Origin: Akkermansiaceae bacterium
Lineage (GTDB): Bacteria > Verrucomicrobiota > Verrucomicrobiia > Verrucomicrobiales > Akkermansiaceae
DNA: 64,000 bases
Direction of reading: 5' to 3'
Assembly (NCBI GenBank): GCA_051251915.1
Contig: JBPOGF010000018.1
Location: 1-64,000 of the forward strand
The notes under the pieces were generated by a model. The model saw only the letters and a program-made list of their open reading frames with translations, made no database searches and was not told the origin of the DNA. Of the stretch, positions 59,084-64,000 are shown in pieces; positions within the stretch are counted from its first letter, which is position 1; every line of letters begins with the position of its first letter. The translations under genes and the position numbers were made by a program.

Positions 59084-59812
59084 TTATTTTGCTAGCTCGT
59101 GTTTGATGACGCTGAGGCAGAAGAGGGTGGCGGTTTCTACGCGGAGGACGATGTCGCCGAGGGTTGCTGGCTGGTAGTCTGCAGCTAGGATTTGATGGTA
59201 TTCGGAGTCTGAGAAGTCTCCTTCGGGGCCGATGAGGAAGCTTGCAGATTGGGGGCTTGTTGTGAACATTTCGGCGAGAGGGCGACTTGTGGGGAGTAGG
59301 GCGGCTACGAGGTTGAGTTCGGCTGATACGCGGTTAGTTAGCCAATCATTGAATTTTCTGGCAGGGTGGATGGTTGGTAGATAGTTTTGGCCACATTGTT
59401 TGCAGGCTTCGAGGGCGATTCTTTCCCATTTGGCGACCTTTTTATCCATTTGTTCTGCTCGGGCTATGGTGTGTTCCGTGATGAGTGGCTGGATGGATGT
59501 GATGCCTAGTTCGACTGCTTTTTGGACGATGAGTTCCATGTTGCCGCCTTTGGGGATGGATTGGATGAGGTGTATTTCTGGTGGTTTGTTAGAGGTGGAG
59601 GGGGTGTTGTTTAGGAGGATTTCCACTCTATCTTTAGCTAGTGATGTGATCTGTCCTTGGGCTGCATTTCCTTCGCCGTCGAAGACTTCAATGGTCTCGC
59701 CGAGCTTTGATCTCAGGACCCGGGTGCAGTGGTGGGCTTCGTCGCCAGTCAGCGCGATGTGCGCAGGCTGCCATTGTGCGGCAGGGAGGAAGTAGCGGCT
59801 GATAGAATTCAT
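59084..59812 (-). CDS. rsmE: 16S rRNA m3U1498 methyltransferase
   Basis: HHCTRVLR, QKAVELG, EACKQCG, IGPEGDFS, LRVETA. Confidence 0.95.
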   Translation of the reverse strand: MNSISRYFLPAAQWQPAHIALTGDEAHHCTRVLRSKLGETIEVFDGEGNAAQGQITSLAKDRVEILLNNTPSTSNKPPEIHLIQSIPKGGNMELIVQKAVELGITSIQPLITEHTIARAEQMDKKVAKWERIALEACKQCGQNYLPTIHPARKFNDWLTNRVSAELNLVAALLPTSRPLAEMFTTSPQSASFLIGPEGDFSDSEYHQILAADYQPATLGDIVLRVETATLFCLSVIKHELAK

Positions 59813-59935
59813 GCACTATGTAGTTCTATTTGAGATGGGCAGTCAAGTTATACCATTGGGGTTTTTGTTGAATGAAACTGGTGTATGAAAAACAGACTTT
59901 ACAAAACGAGTTTTATCGTTACGTTAATTATCGTT

Positions 59936-60289
59936 ATGAGTGATCCCACCCAATTTTTTAAGACATTATCGGATTCTACCCGCTGGAGGATTGTGAGATT
60001 GGTGAGCGAGCATACGCTATGTATCTGTGAGTTGGCAGATATTTTAGGAATGCCGCAGTCATCGGTATCGAGCCATGTTCAGATCATCCGCAAGGCTGAG
60101 CTGTTGGATAGTGAGCGGGTGGGGAAGTGGAGTTACTTTAAGATTAAGCCTGCTTATCTTCCATTGTTAGAGGGGATTTTAGAGCATTTCCCAGAGGATG
60201 AAACATTTGCTGAGGATCGGATCAAGACCTTGTCTAGGTTGTCAGATAGAGAGAGCAGTTGTTGTCCAAGACCCGAGAGACTTTCGTAA
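59936..60289 (+). CDS. ArsR/SmtB family metalloregulator
   Basis: FKTLSDSTR, LCICELA, QSSVSSH; start placed at MSDPTQ. Confidence 0.88.
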   Translation: MSDPTQFFKTLSDSTRWRIVRLVSEHTLCICELADILGMPQSSVSSHVQIIRKAELLDSERVGKWSYFKIKPAYLPLLEGILEHFPEDETFAEDRIKTLSRLSDRESSCCPRPERLS

Positions 60290-60319
60290 TACTATAAACC
60301 ATCAAACCAATTAAATAAT

Positions 60320-60802
60320 ATGAATATTAATGAACTAAAATCACTACTTTCTAGCTATTCAGAGCTGTATTTCAGAATTAAGTTACCTGGTGGAGGAGCG
60401 GTGCCGCTTTCCTTTCACGTGACTGAGGTAGGTCATGTGCATAAGACATTCTTAGATTGTGGGGGCAAGCGGAGAGAGAGACAGAGTTGTCAGCTTCAAA
60501 TCTGGGTGGGGCAAGACTATGACCATAGGATAGAAACGGGTAAGATGGCTGCCATTTTAGAGAAAGCTGGAGAGTTGTTACCGGACGACAATCTTCCGGT
60601 AGAGATAGAGTACGAAGATCAAGTGATCTCTCAGTATACTATCTCTGGGCACAGTGTAGAGGCTGATGCTGTAATTCTGGAGTTGGCTCATAAGCACACG
60701 GAGTGTCTTGCGCCTGAGCTTTGTGGGTTGCCTCCATTGCCTGGGGCTGCTGCTTCTGAGAGAAAAGAAGCTAGCTGCTGTGGCCCATCTGGCTGTTGTT
60801 AG
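60320..60802 (+). CDS. DUF6428-like Cys-rich protein, of the type found in ars-associated operons
   Basis: FHVTEVG, FLDCGG, QIWVGQDYDHR, HTECLA, C-terminal CCGPSGCC. Confidence 0.7.
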   Translation: MNINELKSLLSSYSELYFRIKLPGGGAVPLSFHVTEVGHVHKTFLDCGGKRRERQSCQLQIWVGQDYDHRIETGKMAAILEKAGELLPDDNLPVEIEYEDQVISQYTISGHSVEADAVILELAHKHTECLAPELCGLPPLPGAAASERKEASCCGPSGCC

Positions 60803-61019
60803 TGGCGTTTTGGGGTCGCTGAGCTGGGTGTGTGAAAATATCTGGCCAGCGATTCATGTTGCATAATGCTGTAAATGAGTTGCTTAGAGGTGTGTTGGTA
60901 ATGAGGTGGAATAAAAGTGAAATTTATAGTAGAAAAAACTTGCAATGTGAGGGGAAATAATGCAATTTCCCGTCCGCCTCACCGGAGCTAACTCAGCAAA
61001 GAAGAGGCAAACAAGGAAC

Positions 61020-61095
<76 letters not shown>

Positions 61096-61107
61096 TTTCT
61101 TTGCTAT

Positions 61108-61143
61108 GGGCTACAACTTCTGGTTGTGGCCCTTGTTTTTTTT
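61108..61143 (+). terminator. Rho-independent terminator after the tRNA
   Basis: GGGCTACAAC-TTCTG-GTTGTGGCCC followed by a T run. Confidence 0.8.
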
Positions 61144-61321
61144 AGTGGGTATGAGTTTGAGCTCTTCTGTCCTATGAAATAGGGATAGAAAATGTTGAGG
61201 ATGGTATTAGATTTTTGGTAATGAATTTTATGCTATTAAGGAGGGGGGTATTGGTGAGGTAGAGAAATTGTTTCTCTAAAGAGCGAAAATAGTAAAGACT
61301 CTGGATCATCTAGATAGACTC

Positions 61322-63319
61322 ATGCGCGATACGATCATACAATATTTACTGACCCTCATCACTTCGCTGGTTATGCTTGGGGGGGGAGAGGCTGTGGCGC
61401 AGGATGGTTTTTATCATGAGTGGTCGGTTGGGCAATTGGAGCGGCGATTAATGGAGATAGATGGTGAGTTAGAGGAATTGGCTAGTTTGAGTTTTCGGAG
61501 TGGAGTTGGGGCAATCGGCTATCGGAGTAACACGCATGAGACTAGTGATGAGCTTGAAACTATTCAGATAGATTTGGGAAAAATCCAGACGATAGAGGAG
61601 ATCATCTTGGTGCCTTGTATCTGGCGTGATAGTAAGAGGGGGTTTTTGGGAGATGGTTTTCCTGTGGAGTTCCGTGTTATCGCTGGGTCAGAGGAGAATC
61701 CTGCGGGGACTGTGGTGGCGAGTGTAAGGAAAGAGGATAAAGTGTTACCTAGGATAGCTCCTCTTGTGATTTCTTGTGGTGGCATAAGGGCCTCTTGGGT
61801 GAGGATAGAGGCGGATGTTTTAACGCAGAGGGCTTGGGATAAAAAATACATTTTGCAGTTGGCTGAGATTTTGGTTTTTGATGAACATGAAAATGTAGCG
61901 TTACGTATGCCTGTGGAGGCTTCTTCTCCGGTGTTGTATGAAGGGGGGGCTAGGGCTAAGGAATATTTAGTAGATGGTTTTTTGCCTTATTTAATGGATG
62001 CGGCTACGGGTGAACAGAGTATTGCTTATGTTAGTAAGGTAGGGATAGGTGAGCAGCCAGAAATAGTGATAGATCTGGGTGAATCATACCCATTAAGCCG
62101 GATACGACTGCACGCGATTGATGTCAGTGACACCGTTCCGCAGGCTGTTCCGGATGACTATGGTATGCCGCGTAAATTATTAGTTGAGGGTGCGAATGAA
62201 AAGGATTTCTCAGATAGTGTGAAGCTAACGGAGTATATTATGGAAACTATTCAGGATGCCGGGCCTGTTGTGATGCGAGGGTTTCCAGAAACAAGCTGTC
62301 GGTATGTTCGTCTAACGGCGATAGAGCCATTTAAGTCTATTGAGATGCTTGGTTCTGATTCTCAGATTGGTTTTGCTGAGATTGAGTTAATTTCTAATGG
62401 GGTAAATGTGGCAAGGGGTGCAGGGGTTGAAGTGGATTTTGGTAAGCTTAGTCCAGGTAGGGCGCTGGGAGCGCTCACTGATGGTAGGAACCTGTATGGT
62501 GACATTTTGTACTTCAGGGATTGGCTAAATGAGCTGGCAAAACGACATGAACTAGAGGTGGAGCGGCCTCTTATCGTTGCTGAGCTGGATCAGCATTACG
62601 CTAGGCAAAAGCGGAATTTTAACTACATGTTATGGTTGGTGGCATTTTTGATCATTGGTATGATCATAGCAATGCTTATAGGTAGAATGGTTAGGATGAG
62701 GCATGTGTCAAACATTCGGCTTCGGCTAGCTGCGGATCTTCATGATGAGCTGGGAGCGAATATGCATACTATTGGTTTGTTGAGTGATCTTGCTTCAGAG
62801 ACTGATGATGATCCTGAAGAGTTGGCTACATTACATCGTAGAATAAGATCAGAGACGGAGCGTTCTGGTATTGCTGTTAGACACTGTACAAATATGTTAG
62901 AGGCTGAGGGTTTGTATACTGATATGAAGGAAGATATGGCCCGGGCATCGAGAAGGATCATGGCGAAACTTGAGCATGACATAGTGATAGAGGGGGAGGC
63001 TCATCTGGGGAGGCTAACGCAGCAAACTCGGATTGATCTCTATTTGTTTTTTAAAGAATGTCTGGTGAATATTAGTAAGCACTCTGGTGCGACTGAGTTT
63101 AAGACGCGACTGATTGCTGATCGTAAGCAGGTGTTGCTAAGCATTAGCGATAATGGGCGAGGGGTGGATGAGGGAGAGCGTATTCCTAAGTCTCTGAAAC
63201 GCCGGGCGAAATTACTAAGAGCGGCTCTCCATGTGGAGACTCCAGAGAGTGGCGGGACGTCGATTACTTTGACCTTGCCGGTGAGGAGCTATGGGTTCCG
63301 TAGAAATAAACAATTATGA
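61322..63319 (+). CDS. Sensor histidine kinase (HisKA_3 type) with periplasmic discoidin-like domains
   Basis: Two 'IDLG' discoidin-like repeats, a TM segment, LAADLHDELG, ECLVNISKHS, ISDNGRG. Confidence 0.88.
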   Translation: MRDTIIQYLLTLITSLVMLGGGEAVAQDGFYHEWSVGQLERRLMEIDGELEELASLSFRSGVGAIGYRSNTHETSDELETIQIDLGKIQTIEEIILVPCIWRDSKRGFLGDGFPVEFRVIAGSEENPAGTVVASVRKEDKVLPRIAPLVISCGGIRASWVRIEADVLTQRAWDKKYILQLAEILVFDEHENVALRMPVEASSPVLYEGGARAKEYLVDGFLPYLMDAATGEQSIAYVSKVGIGEQPEIVIDLGESYPLSRIRLHAIDVSDTVPQAVPDDYGMPRKLLVEGANEKDFSDSVKLTEYIMETIQDAGPVVMRGFPETSCRYVRLTAIEPFKSIEMLGSDSQIGFAEIELISNGVNVARGAGVEVDFGKLSPGRALGALTDGRNLYGDILYFRDWLNELAKRHELEVERPLIVAELDQHYARQKRNFNYMLWLVAFLIIGMIIAMLIGRMVRMRHVSNIRLRLAADLHDELGANMHTIGLLSDLASETDDDPEELATLHRRIRSETERSGIAVRHCTNMLEAEGLYTDMKEDMARASRRIMAKLEHDIVIEGEAHLGRLTQQTRIDLYLFFKECLVNISKHSGATEFKTRLIADRKQVLLSISDNGRGVDEGERIPKSLKRRAKLLRAALHVETPESGGTSITLTLPVRSYGFRRNKQL

Positions 63320-63969
63320 GTGAGAAGATTCAAATAATGATGGTAGAAGACCATCCTGAGTATCGAGAAATCGTTGAGATTGCTATTAATCGGCAGCCGG
63401 ATATGGATTTGGTGAGTCAATTTGGTACCGCTGAGCGGGCGTTGAGGAGTCTGAATGAGAAACAGGCTGCGGCAAAGCCAGAGGTAATATTTTTGGATCT
63501 TAATCTTCCTGGGATGAGTGGGATACAGGCAATTCCTTATTTTAAGACGGAGTTGCCTGATACAAAAATCATTGTTTTAACGCAGTCAGATTCTGAGGAG
63601 GATGTGCTTAAAGCGATCATGCAGGGGGCGTCTGGTTATCTGTTAAAATCAGCAACGGTGAGTCAGCTCACTGAGGCTGTTAGAACGGTGATGTCTGGTG
63701 GTGCGTCTTTGGATCCGCTGGTTGCTCGATTTATTTTGAATACGATGAAGGCGACACTCCCTCAAAAGGAAATTTCTCAGATGCTTACAGAGCGAGAGTT
63801 GGAGGTGCTTGTTTTGTTGGGAGAGGGATTGGTTAAAAAGGAGATTGGGGAGAAGCTTGAGATTAGTGTTTCGACGGTGGTTACTCATGTTAGTCATATT
63901 TACGAAAAGCTGAATGTGAAGAATGCGCCTTCGGCTATAGCTAAGGCTTTTCGTTTGGGGCTTCTGTAA
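63316..63969 (+). CDS. NarL/LuxR family response regulator
   Basis: VEDH, LDLNLPG, GASGYLLK, and HTH LTERELEVL...HIYEKL. Confidence 0.93.
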   Translation: MSEKIQIMMVEDHPEYREIVEIAINRQPDMDLVSQFGTAERALRSLNEKQAAAKPEVIFLDLNLPGMSGIQAIPYFKTELPDTKIIVLTQSDSEEDVLKAIMQGASGYLLKSATVSQLTEAVRTVMSGGASLDPLVARFILNTMKATLPQKEISQMLTERELEVLVLLGEGLVKKEIGEKLEISVSTVVTHVSHIYEKLNVKNAPSAIAKAFRLGLL

Positions 63970-64000
63970 TGTGCTGAGAAGGTAGTTTTGGGTGGAATGT

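Overview
This 64-kb window is bacterial chromosomal DNA, most likely from a marine Verrucomicrobiota (Rubritalea/Akkermansiaceae-like), judged from the PEP-CTERM proteins, a MoxR/vWA/DUF4159 operon, a PL7 lyase and cytochrome c-PA14 genes. The + strand is very G/T-rich, which generates many spurious shadow ORFs. The window holds a glucosylglycerate operon (kinase, phosphatase and a fused synthase-phosphorylase) behind a near-consensus sigma54 promoter, an iron-uptake cluster, and an 8-gene MoxR operon. It also has housekeeping genes (yceD-rpmF-plsX, argA, tatA, trmB, rsmE, tRNA-Thr) and a two-component system. The main hidden signals are: (1) two genes split by an in-frame TGA, each followed at the same distance by a GUU-loop hairpin, which suggests two unannotated selenoproteins, one being a DUF4159 protein with a CCCU motif next to a HEAT-thioredoxin-CcdA fusion; (2) a stand-alone retron with a readable msr-msd ncRNA and no evident effector gene; (3) a glycerate kinase lacking a canonical start codon; (4) a class A PBP with a degenerate transpeptidase site; (5) a truncated tatA duplicate that keeps its promoter. 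All family calls come from motif recognition by eye; no database searches were run.
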